This document shows positions 1 through 9,479 of a stretch of 55,702 bases of DNA, in pieces. Origin of the DNA: Candidatus Fermentibacterota bacterium (GTDB taxonomy: Bacteria > JAFGKV01); contig JAFGKV010000324.1 of the NCBI GenBank assembly GCA_016928395.1, positions 1 to 55,702 on the forward strand. Reading direction: 5' to 3'. Position 1 is the first letter of the stretch; each line of letters opens with the position of its first letter. Under the pieces are notes generated by a model, which was given only the letters and a program-made list of their open reading frames with translations, had not been told where the DNA came from and did no database searches. The position numbers and the translations under genes are program-made.

Positions 1-1
1 A

Positions 2-85
2 TCGGAGGAGACCGTGGGCGAGTTCGAGCGGAACACGGGAAGCGCGGCGAAGGGAAACGAGAAGGCGGGAGCTGAGCGGCGATAG
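2..85 (+). CDS. Possible 3' end of a CDS running in from outside the window (SEETVGEFERNTGSAAKGNEKAGAERR*)
   Basis: Open frame from position 2 to TAG at 83-85; purine-rich; too short to identify. Confidence 0.3.
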   Translation, partial: SEETVGEFERNTGSAAKGNEKAGAERR

Positions 86-122
86 GGACTCGCGTCCTGG
101 CCGACCTGGATTGAATCACCGG

Positions 123-878
123 TCATCGGGTGCCGTTTTCCGCGCAGGTGGCGAGAGCCTGGCGGTGAAGGGCTCCCAGGAGACTCCGTTTGGCCGAGGG
201 CTGATCCCGCATGATCATATCCAGCCAGGAACGGGCCAGAGCCCGCTTCGACCTGTCGGCGAACTCGCAGGTTGTCGGGATCAAGGGAAGCGCCTCTTCT
301 CTGGCCAGTTTCATCAAGGCGTGCTCAGACACAAAGTAGAGAGGCCGAATGAGGCGGAACGTGCCCCCGAAGTATGACAGGCGGGGCAGTATGCCATCGA
401 AACGGCCCTGAAAAAAGAGGTTCATCAAAGCCGTGGTCACCACATCGTCGGAATGATGGCCAAGGGCCACCACCGAACTTCCCAGCCGTTCGGCGGTCTC
501 GAACAGAGCCTTCTTCCGGTTCCATGCACAGGAAAAGCACGGAGAGAGCCCTGCGGCGCTATGCGGTCTGAGGTCGGTGTGCACCGTGATGAGTCGGAGG
601 CCGAGTGTCTCAGCCCAACGAATGAGAGGATCAAATTCCGCCAGATCCCTGCCGGTATCGGCGATGTGGACGGGAAGGATCTCGAACGGAGCTCCCCGAA
701 GGCGGCGTTGCCACCAGAGAAGGTACAGCAATCCGACGCTGTCCTTTCCTCCCGATATTCCTACCACCACTCGATCGCCGGGGGAGAGGAGCCCAAAGAG
801 CGACTGGGCTTTCTCCAGGCTCTTGATCAGCCTGTAGACGATGCGGGAGGGCTGGGTGCGCGGAACCGCTTCGCTCAG
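123..878 (-). CDS. ttcA: TtcA-family tRNA 2-thiocytidine biosynthesis protein (PP-loop ATPase)
   Basis: SGGKDS PP-loop, PCFSC, LGHHSDD and LIRPL motifs. The frame stays open upstream of the tracked start (770) with family-like IKSLEKAQSLFGLLSPGDRVVVG; likely CTG start at 878 overlapping the upstream TGA. Confidence 0.8.
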   Translation of the reverse strand: MSEAVPRTQPSRIVYRLIKSLEKAQSLFGLLSPGDRVVVGISGGKDSVGLLYLLWWQRRLRGAPFEILPVHIADTGRDLAEFDPLIRWAETLGLRLITVHTDLRPHSAAGLSPCFSCAWNRKKALFETAERLGSSVVALGHHSDDVVTTALMNLFFQGRFDGILPRLSYFGGTFRLIRPLYFVSEHALMKLAREEALPLIPTTCEFADRSKRALARSWLDMIMRDQPSAKRSLLGALHRQALATCAENGTR

Positions 879-1591
879 GTCTCTTCTCCGGCGGGCATTC
901 GAAGAAGGGGAGGCGCTCTGGTAATCTCTTCGTTGATCTCCAGAGCTTCCGGTGTCATGACCAGGCGATAGATGGTGTTCTCCGCCGCGGATGTTCTCCG
1001 GCTGGCGATGACTTCAACGGGGGGGAAGCCGGGAAGATAGGGCCCATAGGTGAGTAGATGGTTCCAGGTCTTCTGACGGGAATGAGGCATAGCGTGGGAG
1101 AACACCACCGGGGCAGTCGATCCCTGCTCCCAGGCCACGACGTCCTTGATTCTGTAGATGGTGCGAAGCCCCAACGTCGCGCCCCAGGTCGGCCAGCTGA
1201 TCACCTCGGCGCGCACTCCCCATGACGAACCTGGAATCTGCACCAGCTCCTCCGCCTGGGCGAACGGATCGTCGCTGCGGGAAATGTTCAGCATCGTGGC
1301 CGTGTCACCCCGCGTCCACCAGATCTGTACAACCCCGACGGGATGCCTTCCCTCCAGGATTGGGAAATGCTGCAGCTCCCGGCCCACCAAGAAAGAACCC
1401 ACTCCCACGGCGATCAACGCCACGGCTATTGCCACGCGGACAAGAGTTGCCAGCCCGAGAAGAATGCCCACGGCCGCTCCATGCGAACCCTCTCGCCTCT
1501 TCCAACCCTTGAGTGCATACAGACCAACGACGACGGCGAGGAGCGACGCCCACACGATTGCGGGCAGCTCAGTCTGAAGAAAAGTATCCAT
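875..1591 (-). CDS. Hypothetical membrane protein (2 N-terminal TM helices plus soluble domain)
   Basis: 238-aa ORF, GGAGG SD upstream of ATG, two hydrophobic segments. Confidence 0.75.
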   Translation of the reverse strand: MDTFLQTELPAIVWASLLAVVVGLYALKGWKRREGSHGAAVGILLGLATLVRVAIAVALIAVGVGSFLVGRELQHFPILEGRHPVGVVQIWWTRGDTATMLNISRSDDPFAQAEELVQIPGSSWGVRAEVISWPTWGATLGLRTIYRIKDVVAWEQGSTAPVVFSHAMPHSRQKTWNHLLTYGPYLPGFPPVEVIASRRTSAAENTIYRLVMTPEALEINEEITRAPPLLRMPAGEET

Positions 1592-1970
1592 GGCTTGTCC
1601 TCCGTGTGAGGTTAGCCTGCTCTCAGGCGTCCCCGTCTTCGACTCGCCGCACCGTGCGGCCTGATGCTCACGATATCCAGGGCATTCGCGGGCGTGCGTC
1701 TACCGGTTGAAGGTATCCGTCAGAGACGTCGCGTTCGGTGATGTCAGCGGCCCTCTGATGCCCGATGTGCCATGGCAGATACGCCCCGGACGGCTACCAG
1801 CTCAAGGGCAGTGGATCGGCATGGCCGCCTCACGGCCTTCCCGGCAGGAGCTCCACTCCAGGACCGGTTATCTATTTCGGTGGCGCGTACCGTGCTGTCA
1901 AGCCACACGCGCTGAGGGGTTGCGGCCGACGGACGCTCCAACGATGCCGATGGACCACGGGATGATGGAA

Positions 1971-2753
1971 TCAGGGCAGGGATCGCCAGTCGATCACCCG
2001 AAGACCTGCGGTCTGCGCGATCGCCAGGCCGTGGGTCAGGGGGATCTCGTAATGGCGCGGGCTATGGGCATCGCTGCCGATGGTGACCGTCTTTCCCCCC
2101 AGGTCACGGTACAGATCCAGTACAGCCTTGGAAGGGTAGGGTTCCTTGAGGTCGTGACGGAGCCCCGCGAGGTTGATCTCCAGGAGTCCACCCTGCGCGA
2201 CGAGCGCCGATAGGATCTCCGCGTACTCATCGTGGAACATCGCTACTAGGGTGTCTCCGGCAAGGCCGGGCACATATCTCTTGACGTAATCGATGTGACC
2301 GATCACCCTAAATAGCCCGGAGTGAACCATATCCGCAGTGAGAGCGAAGAACGGGGCAAGGCGTTCCCGAAGGGAGTACCGGGGAGACTGGTTTTGGAGC
2401 CATTCCCGAAGGTAGAGACCGTCGATGTCGTGCACTGCGCCGATGACCAGGTCATAGTGGTGCGCCGCGAGGAGGTGTCGCGTTTCGTCCTCATTTTCCG
2501 GGCGATAGGTCACTTCGAGACCGATGCCAAGGGCCACCGGGTGAGGTTCGCTGATGAGGCGGCGATGACGCCGGAACATACCTTCGAGATCGGTGTTGAG
2601 GAAACGGTACTCGGTAGGTGCGGGATCGAAATGTTCGGTGGGGCATACGCCAGCCAGGCCCAGGCGAGGCGCATTCGCCAGCACCCAGGAGAGCTTCAGC
2701 TCTGCATCGCCGGAGAATTCCGTATGAAGATGGCAGTCATACACATCAGCCAC
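1971..2753 (-). CDS. PHP-family histidinol-phosphatase-like phosphoesterase
   Basis: DCHLHT, TEH, GLEV, GAVH, GHID, LEIN and GSDAH motifs; GTG start at 2753 with GAGGTG SD. Confidence 0.85.
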   Translation of the reverse strand: MADVYDCHLHTEFSGDAELKLSWVLANAPRLGLAGVCPTEHFDPAPTEYRFLNTDLEGMFRRHRRLISEPHPVALGIGLEVTYRPENEDETRHLLAAHHYDLVIGAVHDIDGLYLREWLQNQSPRYSLRERLAPFFALTADMVHSGLFRVIGHIDYVKRYVPGLAGDTLVAMFHDEYAEILSALVAQGGLLEINLAGLRHDLKEPYPSKAVLDLYRDLGGKTVTIGSDAHSPRHYEIPLTHGLAIAQTAGLRVIDWRSLP

Positions 2754-3028
2754 CGTGCACCTCACAGTCGTACTACACCCACGCTGCACCCTTGGGCGGG
2801 CCTGCGAACGGGGTCCGCGCGACGGGAACCGGATCGTGCAGGATGCCGGCATCCACTGCAGGCAGGATCTGGGCCCGGCATGCCCCACGCCGCAGCAAGA
2901 CCCATACTGCTCCGAATTCGAGGATGGGACATCCCTGCGATTCCCCGGCTTTTGCGTTGGCAACTGCCACGTCACCAGGTTCGCAGCCTCCGGGAACTCC
3001 GGAGCTCACTCATGCTCACTTCTACAGT

Positions 3029-4174
3029 ATGAACGTCCGCACGAGTATAGTCAACGTCACGATTCTGCTTGGCGCATTCGCGGTGGCATTCCTTCTCGCC
3101 GAGGGTCTATTGAGGCTTCGGCATCACTCGCCTGCGGTCGCGCCACCGTTTCCCTATCGTGCGCACACGGCGCGGGGGTGGCGGCTTCTGCCAGGTGTTG
3201 ACACTCAATTCCTATTCGAGAGCACCATGGAAGCCGTTCGCGTCTCCATCAACAGCCGCGGTCTCCGCGGCCCTGAGCCTTTGCCACGATCCGCTGGAGG
3301 CCCAGCCAGGATTCTGTTCCTGGGCGACTCCGTTACCTTTGGGTACGCCGTCAGCGAGGAATCAACCTTTGTGGGTCGCGTCTGGGAGGAAGGGAGGAGG
3401 GCATCGCCAGGGTGGGAGGCGATGAACGGCGGCATTGAGGATGCGGGGATTGTCGAGGAACGGATGCTCTTGGAGGAGATTGGCCCCGAACTCGACCCAT
3501 CCCTTGTGGTCGTGTGCTTCTATGCGAACGATTCTCGACCCCCCGTGGGTTTCCTCCAAGAGTATCTTTCTGAAGACCCGGTGGATCGGTGGGCAAGAAC
3601 CCATCCGCGTATAGTATCGCGGAGCCGGTTGGCGTCATTCCTCCATTTTCGATATCGCAGGCTCGTGACACGGTTTCACCTCTACCGAAGCCCCATCCCC
3701 GCCCGGTTCGCTTGGGTCGATCTCTGGCGTGAGGGAGCCTGGCGCCAGGACGCGGCCGTGTTGGATTCGCTCATCTCTCTGGCCCGTTTCGATTGGGGAG
3801 CCGGTTGGGGTGGTGACGGTTGGGCTCTGGTGAAGCGGGAACTGACCGCGATGGAACGTTGGTGCATGCGGCGTGGCGTGGCTCTGGCCGTCGTCTACAC
3901 GCCAGTGCAGATAGAAGTGGAGGGACGAGCAGTCCCTGAACCCGGCCCCGGGAAACTCCTGGAGGACCTTTGTTGCACCATGGGGCTGCCCTTCCTGGAT
4001 CTCTTGCCCAGGCTCCGCGGGACCCATGGCTGTTATCTTGACCAGTGTCACTATTCCATCGCGGGCCATCGGGTGGTCGCAGGAGCGCTCCTGCCCTGGA
4101 TGCGGGAGCTGATCGGCGGGGGCTCGCCTCATAACCGACTTGACCGTGGGAGGCACGGATGCCTCTTTGACTGA
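3029..4174 (+). CDS. Membrane-anchored SGNH/GDSL hydrolase or acyltransferase
   Basis: N-terminal TM helix, INSRGLRG, LGDSVTFG (catalytic Ser), YAND and DQCH (D-x-x-H). Confidence 0.85.
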   Translation: MNVRTSIVNVTILLGAFAVAFLLAEGLLRLRHHSPAVAPPFPYRAHTARGWRLLPGVDTQFLFESTMEAVRVSINSRGLRGPEPLPRSAGGPARILFLGDSVTFGYAVSEESTFVGRVWEEGRRASPGWEAMNGGIEDAGIVEERMLLEEIGPELDPSLVVVCFYANDSRPPVGFLQEYLSEDPVDRWARTHPRIVSRSRLASFLHFRYRRLVTRFHLYRSPIPARFAWVDLWREGAWRQDAAVLDSLISLARFDWGAGWGGDGWALVKRELTAMERWCMRRGVALAVVYTPVQIEVEGRAVPEPGPGKLLEDLCCTMGLPFLDLLPRLRGTHGCYLDQCHYSIAGHRVVAGALLPWMRELIGGGSPHNRLDRGRHGCLFD

Positions 4175-4176
4175 GT

Positions 4177-4274
4177 GGGAGTACACAGGAGCCTGGTGGT
4201 CCTCCTGGACTTCAAATCCAGTGTGGGGTGGTAAACACGCCCTGGGTGGGTTCGATTCCCATGTGCTCCCGCCA
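4177..4274 (+). tRNA. selC: tRNA-Sec (anticodon UCA)
   Basis: CTGGA-CTTCAAA-TCCAG anticodon arm, extended acceptor GGGAGTAC/GTGCTCCC, long variable arm, TTCGATT T-loop, G discriminator and encoded CCA. Confidence 0.95.
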
Positions 4275-4322
4275 GAACACGCCGCTCTCGGGCTCTGTGG
4301 CACGCTGGTCTCTGCAAGGGGC

Positions 4323-4351
4323 TTGTGCGCTTTCAAGGGGAGCGGTACATT
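4323..4351 (+). promoter_or_regulatory. Putative sigma70 promoter of the rimP operon
   Basis: TTGTGC-17 nt-TACATT. Confidence 0.5.
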
Positions 4352-4441
4352 GTCTCCGTGATGCGAATCCACCCGTTCTCCTCCCGCGCAGGCGCCGTTT
4401 CCCGGTGTTCATGACCCTGATCATTGTCGGACTCAGTCCAG

Positions 4442-4906
4442 ATGCATGACAAGGCTGCCCTGGAAGGTGTGTTGTCGCCAGTTCTGGCGCTGTGTGGGCT
4501 TGAGCTGATCCGCTTCACGGTGGGCGGTTCCCCCAGACAGCCGTCCCTCATGGTGTATGTGGATCGTGTCGGAGGAGTCACGGTGGGGGAATGCGTGGAC
4601 GCGGCAAAGGCCTTGCGGCGTGCCATCGCTGCTCATTTCGGATCAGTTCGGCCTTTCGCGGTGAGTGTTTCGTCGCCCGGGACCGACCGGCCCCTTGGCA
4701 CCCAAAGAGACTTCGCCCTCATCCTTGGGCGTCGGGTTGCGGTGCGCATTGAGGGTGAGGCCGACGATGGTGAGTCAGAGATCGTGGGGACCGTGCTTAG
4801 GGCCGACTCCGAGGCGGTGGTGGTCGAAAGCGATGCTGACGGGTCGGAACGCGGTGTTCCCTACTCTCGAATCCGTACGGCCAAGATGAGACTGCCGTAT
4901 GAATAG
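4442..4906 (+). CDS. rimP: Ribosome maturation factor RimP
   Basis: VYVDRVGGVTVGEC and VSSPGTDRPL motifs; position upstream of nusA. Start could be TTG at 4424. Confidence 0.92.
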   Translation: MHDKAALEGVLSPVLALCGLELIRFTVGGSPRQPSLMVYVDRVGGVTVGECVDAAKALRRAIAAHFGSVRPFAVSVSSPGTDRPLGTQRDFALILGRRVAVRIEGEADDGESEIVGTVLRADSEAVVVESDADGSERGVPYSRIRTAKMRLPYE

Positions 4907-5222
4907 CAGGGAGTCGCCGTTGAGCACGCACGGGAATGGCACGCTTCTGGCTCGTCCGGAGGCACACGATAGGTCTTGTGTGGGATCGGTGTCAGCATGG
5001 AGCGCCCGGCGTCCCTACCGTTGTCAGACGGCCCATGCAGGGGTGGCGACGCCCGTGGCCGCCTGCATTGGGGGCCACGGCGAAGGGGCGACATCTCGCG
5101 TCAGGGTATCGCCGTCATTCATGAACGGCTTGTAGTTCCGCTTCGTCGGCCATAGACTCTCGAACCCAGCGGTGAACCAGTAGCCGGTGGTGGCTTTCAC
5201 CGCCGTGCAGGAGATTTGCAGA

Positions 5223-6650
5223 ATGAACTATGAGGTGCTCGAGGCCATCGGTCAGATTGCACGCGAGAAGGAAATCGACCGAGCCGTCCTGGTGGAGACG
5301 CTCCAAGCCGGGCTGGTTTCGGCAGCGCTCAGACACTACACCGATGCGCGAGATGTGGCGGCCATGGTGGACCTCGAAACCGGCGATGTCTCGATGACCA
5401 TGGTGTGCACCGTTGTGGACACGGTGCACAACCCGCAGCAGGAGATCTCCCATGATGCGGCGAAGGCGATCAATCCAGACGTTCTGCTGGGAGAGGAGAT
5501 CCATGTTCCGCTGGCCTTGGACGACTTCGGCCGCAGTGCCGTACAGGCAGCCAAGCAGGTTATCTACCAGAAGGTCAGAGAGGCCCGCCGTGAGCGCGTG
5601 TACCTCGACTTCAAAGACAAGGTGGGCCGTCTGGTCAGCGGCGCAGTACAACATGTCGAACGAGGGAACGCCACGGTGCTCGTCACCGGCGTGGAAGCGC
5701 TCCTTCCATGGCGACATCAGATCCGCAGAGAACGCTATGCGCAGGGGGACACGGTCCGCGCAGTGGTCATCGAGGCCTCGAACGCACCTCACGGCCCACA
5801 GGTCATACTCTCTCGGGCGGCACCCGAACTTGTCGCGGCGCTGTTCCTTTTAGAGGCACCCGAGATCAGGGAAGGGATTGTGTGGATCGAGGCTATCGCC
5901 CGCGAAGCCGGTGTGCGCACCAAACTGGCCGTTTCCTCCCGGGAGTCCCGGGTCGATCCAGTGGGCGCGTGTGTGGGTGTCAAGGGGGTACGCGTGCAGG
6001 CCGTGGTGAGGGAATTGGGTGGAGAACGCATGGATATCATCGCGTTTACCACCGATACTGCCGTGTTCATTGCCCGCGCCTTGAGCCCCGCCAAGATTGA
6101 GCGGGTAGTGCTGAACGAAAGGGACAAGAGGGCCACGGTGGTGGTGCCTGACGATCAGCTTTCCTTGGCCATAGGCAAGGGAGGCCAGAATGTCCGACTT
6201 GCGGCGCGACTATCGGGCTGGGAAATAGATCTCATGACGATCAGCCAGCAAAGCGAACGCCTGGGAGTCGCCCAGGTCGTTGCTGTTGGCGTTGCCCGGC
6301 TTCCGGGGGTCGGCCCCCGGATCGCTCGTCAGCTCGAGATGGCCGGATTCGAAACGGTGCAGGATGTGGCCAATGCTCGGGTGGAGGATCTTATGGCAGC
6401 ACCCGGCATCGGCAAGGTCAGGGCACGGAGTATCAGAGAGGCCGCACTCAAACTGCTGGCAGGTCCGACCGGCGCACATGAAGAATTGGAGAACGGACCT
6501 GCCCGTGCTCCCACCGTGGATGATGAGCCCTCTCCCGTTGTGGAACAGGACAATGCTTTGGGTCTGTCTGAGACGGGTGGTGTGGCATCCGAGGTGGTCA
6601 AAGACGCAGAAATCGATGAGAGCGAGAGGGAAAGCGGGGTGATCCGGTGA
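5223..6650 (+). CDS. nusA: Transcription elongation factor NusA with C-terminal HhH domain
   Basis: FGRSAVQAAKQVI, S1 and KH domains (DPVGACVG, SLAIGKGGQNVRLA), HhH repeats; AGGAG SD. Confidence 0.97.
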   Translation: MNYEVLEAIGQIAREKEIDRAVLVETLQAGLVSAALRHYTDARDVAAMVDLETGDVSMTMVCTVVDTVHNPQQEISHDAAKAINPDVLLGEEIHVPLALDDFGRSAVQAAKQVIYQKVREARRERVYLDFKDKVGRLVSGAVQHVERGNATVLVTGVEALLPWRHQIRRERYAQGDTVRAVVIEASNAPHGPQVILSRAAPELVAALFLLEAPEIREGIVWIEAIAREAGVRTKLAVSSRESRVDPVGACVGVKGVRVQAVVRELGGERMDIIAFTTDTAVFIARALSPAKIERVVLNERDKRATVVVPDDQLSLAIGKGGQNVRLAARLSGWEIDLMTISQQSERLGVAQVVAVGVARLPGVGPRIARQLEMAGFETVQDVANARVEDLMAAPGIGKVRARSIREAALKLLAGPTGAHEELENGPARAPTVDDEPSPVVEQDNALGLSETGGVASEVVKDAEIDESERESGVIR

Positions 6651-8809
6651 GTAGGAAGCGCGTGCACCAAGTCGCGAAGGAATTCCACATATCCTCGGAA
6701 GCTCTCGTAGAGCTGCTTCGCGGGATGTCCATTGACGTGAAGAGTCACATGAGCACCGTCGACGACGACACGGTGGATCGAATCAAGAGGCACTTCGAGG
6801 CTGAGAAGGAGAAGATGCGGGAGGAATCGGCCCGCAAGGAGAAGGAACTTGCCCGGCGCCGGGAACAGCAACGGCCGGTCGAATCCGTGGATAAATCCAA
6901 GAAGCCTCAGAAGAAGAAGGGGAGTTTCAGAGACCGCCGTGAGGATCGCGTCGCGGTAGTCGCCAGCGTCAAGAAGACCCTTGCTCTCATGGAGGGAGGA
7001 CGCCGTCAGCGCAAGCATCGGCGCAGGATCCGCGAGGATGAGGACGTTGAGACTTCCGAACAAGAGGCCATGCCAGTCCTCACCCTTCACGACGAAACGG
7101 CCACCGTGGGGGATCTGGCGAAGCTCATGGCTCGGCCGGCATCGGATATCATCCGGGCGTGCATGAGCCTTGGACTCATGGCCACGATGAATCAGCGCCT
7201 TGACGCTGACACCATCGAGGCTGTAGCCGATGAACTCGGCTTCGCCGTGGAGCGCCCCAGTGCCGTCAAAGTGGAGGACGAGGAGGATCTTGCCCAGGAG
7301 CCCAGGGCGCCGGTGGTGACCGTCATGGGCCATGTTGACCACGGCAAGACCTCGTTGCTGGACTTCATCCGGCGGACCAATGTTGTCTCCGGTGAGGTGG
7401 GCGGCATCACGCAGCACATGGGTGCCTATGAAGTAGTGCTTCCCGAGGGAAGAATCACGTTCATCGATACGCCGGGTCACGAGGCATTTACCTCAATGCG
7501 TACCCGAGGCGCCCAAGCAACCGACATAGTCGTCTTGGTGGTGTCTGCCAGTGAGGGCGTGATGCCGCAGACCGTCGAAGCCATCAATCACGCCAAGGCC
7601 GCCCGAGTCCCCATCATCGTGGCCATGAGCAAGATGGACCTGCTGGATGTCAACCCGGATGCGGTTCGCCAACAGCTCGCCGGCCACGGCGTGATGGTCG
7701 AAGCCTGGGGCGGAGAGACCATCGATGTGCCCACCAGCGCCCGAACCGGCGAGGGCGTGGACAAACTCCTGGAGGCGATACTACTCCAGGCCGAGATGAT
7801 GGAACTGACTGCGCCGCGCCGAGGGCGAGCCTCGGGGGTGGTGCTGGAAGCCGAACTTGGCCTCGGTTTGGGGCCGGTGGCGACGGTACTCGTCAAGAGT
7901 GGAACGCTGCGTGTCGGTGATATGCTTGTTGCTGGCCCCTACTGTGGCAGGGCCAGGGTGCTCATGGACGAACGGGGTGCCCGGCTGAAGGAGGCGCCAC
8001 CGTCCAAGGCCGTTCGCGTAGCCGGCATCGAGGGCGTCCCGCAGGCGGGTGACCCGTTCCAGGTAACCGCCGACGAACGTGCATCCCGCGAGGTTGCTGA
8101 ACGACGCCAGACTGTGCGCAAGCAGAAGGGCACGGGAGCGCCTCGAAGGGCCACCTTGGAGGACCTGTACCGGCAGATTCGAGAAGGTGACGTCAAGGAA
8201 CTTCGGCTCGTTGTCAAGGGCGATGTGCAAGGATCGCTGGAGGCGGTGATGGAGGCGCTGGTCAGGCTCGGCACCGGGGAGGTGCGGGTAAGTATTCTCC
8301 ATCAGGGCATCGGTGCGATCACAGAGTCTGATGTGCTGCTGGCCTCCGCTTCAAAAGCGGTGGTGATAGGCTACCACGTTCGTCCCAGTGCCCGTGCCCA
8401 GGAAGTCGCCGAGCGGGAGGGTGTCGAGATTCGAACCTACCGGGTGATTTACGAATGCGTCGCCGACATAGAGCAGGCCCTGGAGGGTATGCTTGAACCG
8501 GAACTGCTTGAGGTGATCACCGGCAGGGTGGCGGTTCGCCGTGTGTTCCACCATCCCAAGGTGGGCTTTGTGGCGGGCTGCTACGTGCTGGAGGGAAACA
8601 TCGACCGTTCATCCAGAGTTCGAGTTCTGCGAGACGGCGTCGTCAAAGCGGATGCACGGATCGGCTCGTTGAAACGTTTCAAGGAGGATGTGCGCGAAGT
8701 ACAGACCGGCTACGAATGCGGCATAGTGATCGAGAACTTCGGCGATATCCACGAAGGTGACGTGCTGGAAGCGTACAAGACCCAGGAAGTGGCGCGTACG
8801 CTTCGCTAG
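6647..8809 (+). CDS. infB: Translation initiation factor IF-2
   Basis: [30 protein letters not shown] and [12 protein letters not shown] motifs. Confidence 0.98.
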   Translation: MSRKRVHQVAKEFHISSEALVELLRGMSIDVKSHMSTVDDDTVDRIKRHFEAEKEKMREESARKEKELARRREQQRPVESVDKSKKPQKKKGSFRDRREDRVAVVASVKKTLALMEGGRRQRKHRRRIREDEDVETSEQEAMPVLTLHDETATVGDLAKLMARPASDIIRACMSLGLMATMNQRLDADTIEAVADELGFAVERPSAVKVEDEEDLAQEPRAPVVTVMGHVDHGKTSLLDFIRRTNVVSGEVGGITQHMGAYEVVLPEGRITFIDTPGHEAFTSMRTRGAQATDIVVLVVSASEGVMPQTVEAINHAKAARVPIIVAMSKMDLLDVNPDAVRQQLAGHGVMVEAWGGETIDVPTSARTGEGVDKLLEAILLQAEMMELTAPRRGRASGVVLEAELGLGLGPVATVLVKSGTLRVGDMLVAGPYCGRARVLMDERGARLKEAPPSKAVRVAGIEGVPQAGDPFQVTADERASREVAERRQTVRKQKGTGAPRRATLEDLYRQIREGDVKELRLVVKGDVQGSLEAVMEALVRLGTGEVRVSILHQGIGAITESDVLLASASKAVVIGYHVRPSARAQEVAEREGVEIRTYRVIYECVADIEQALEGMLEPELLEVITGRVAVRRVFHHPKVGFVAGCYVLEGNIDRSSRVRVLRDGVVKADARIGSLKRFKEDVREVQTGYECGIVIENFGDIHEGDVLEAYKTQEVARTLR

Positions 8810-8820
8810 AGTGGCACACT

Positions 8821-9102
8821 GTGGACATTCTGTGCGCGGAGATCGAGATTCACCTTCCGGAGTGTGGGTCTTTGAAGGAGAAGCGGATGGTGATCAAGGG
8901 CACGAAGGATCGCCTCCGCGACCGGTTCGGCGTCTCGGTGGCCGAGCTTGACTATCAGGATCTGTGGCAGCGGTCCTTGCTTGGTGTCGCCATGGTCAGC
9001 ATCGAGGACCGTTCTAGCAAGGCTCTTTTTCAGCGACTGCGGGAACATGTCTATTCGGATCCACGAGTTGTGGTGCTACGCTTCGATGAGGAGTGGCGAT
9101 GA
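8821..9102 (+). CDS. DUF503 (YlxP-like) protein
   Basis: SLKEKR...FGVSVAE.DYQDLWQR motif; conserved position between infB and rbfA. Confidence 0.9.
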   Translation: MDILCAEIEIHLPECGSLKEKRMVIKGTKDRLRDRFGVSVAELDYQDLWQRSLLGVAMVSIEDRSSKALFQRLREHVYSDPRVVVLRFDEEWR

Positions 9103-9464
9103 TTGATACCCGTCGTCGGGAACGGTTGGCTGCGCTCTTCCGCCAGGAAATCGCCGATATCATCGAACATCGCCTGTCCGATCCGCGGCTGGGATTTGTG
9201 TCGGTGACGTCGGTCCAGGTCTCAGCCGACCTGGGCGCGGCCAAAGTCTTCGTGTCGGTGTACGGTGACGAGGATGCTACTCGAGAGGCCTTGGCAACAC
9301 TCACCCGCGCAGCATCGTTTATCCGGGGTGAAGTGGCCAAGCGGGTTCGCCTCCGCCAGATGCCTACGCTTCGGTTCCTGGAGGACGATTCCCTTCGGTA
9401 CGGCGCCAAAGTCGACCGGCTTCTGCAGGAGTGGCGCGGCGAATCGCCGGAGGCTGCAGACTAG
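9099..9464 (+). CDS. rbfA: 30S ribosome-binding factor A
   Basis: DPRLGFVSVTSV.VSADL, LRQMPTLRF..D.S motifs; synteny. Confidence 0.96.
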   Translation: MIDTRRRERLAALFRQEIADIIEHRLSDPRLGFVSVTSVQVSADLGAAKVFVSVYGDEDATREALATLTRAASFIRGEVAKRVRLRQMPTLRFLEDDSLRYGAKVDRLLQEWRGESPEAAD

Positions 9465-9479
9465 GCGAGGAACGATCCG

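Noticed and set aside
2618-3028. Upstream extensions of tracked ORFs (SGNH, PHP; likewise amrB, gpmI, pheT)
   Set aside because: They overlap neighbouring genes; SD sites and family N-termini support shorter starts
4172-4176. The SGNH gene's TGA lies 2 nt before tRNA-Sec, suggesting possible Sec read-through
   Set aside because: The catalytic domain is already complete and the downstream sequence is the tRNA, not a SECIS or coding continuation
5035-5092. HDV-like ribozyme (7-bp P1, CGAA followed by GGGGCG)
   Set aside because: There is no room for the P3/L3 element with its UCC-type loop; kept only as a generic pseudoknot candidate
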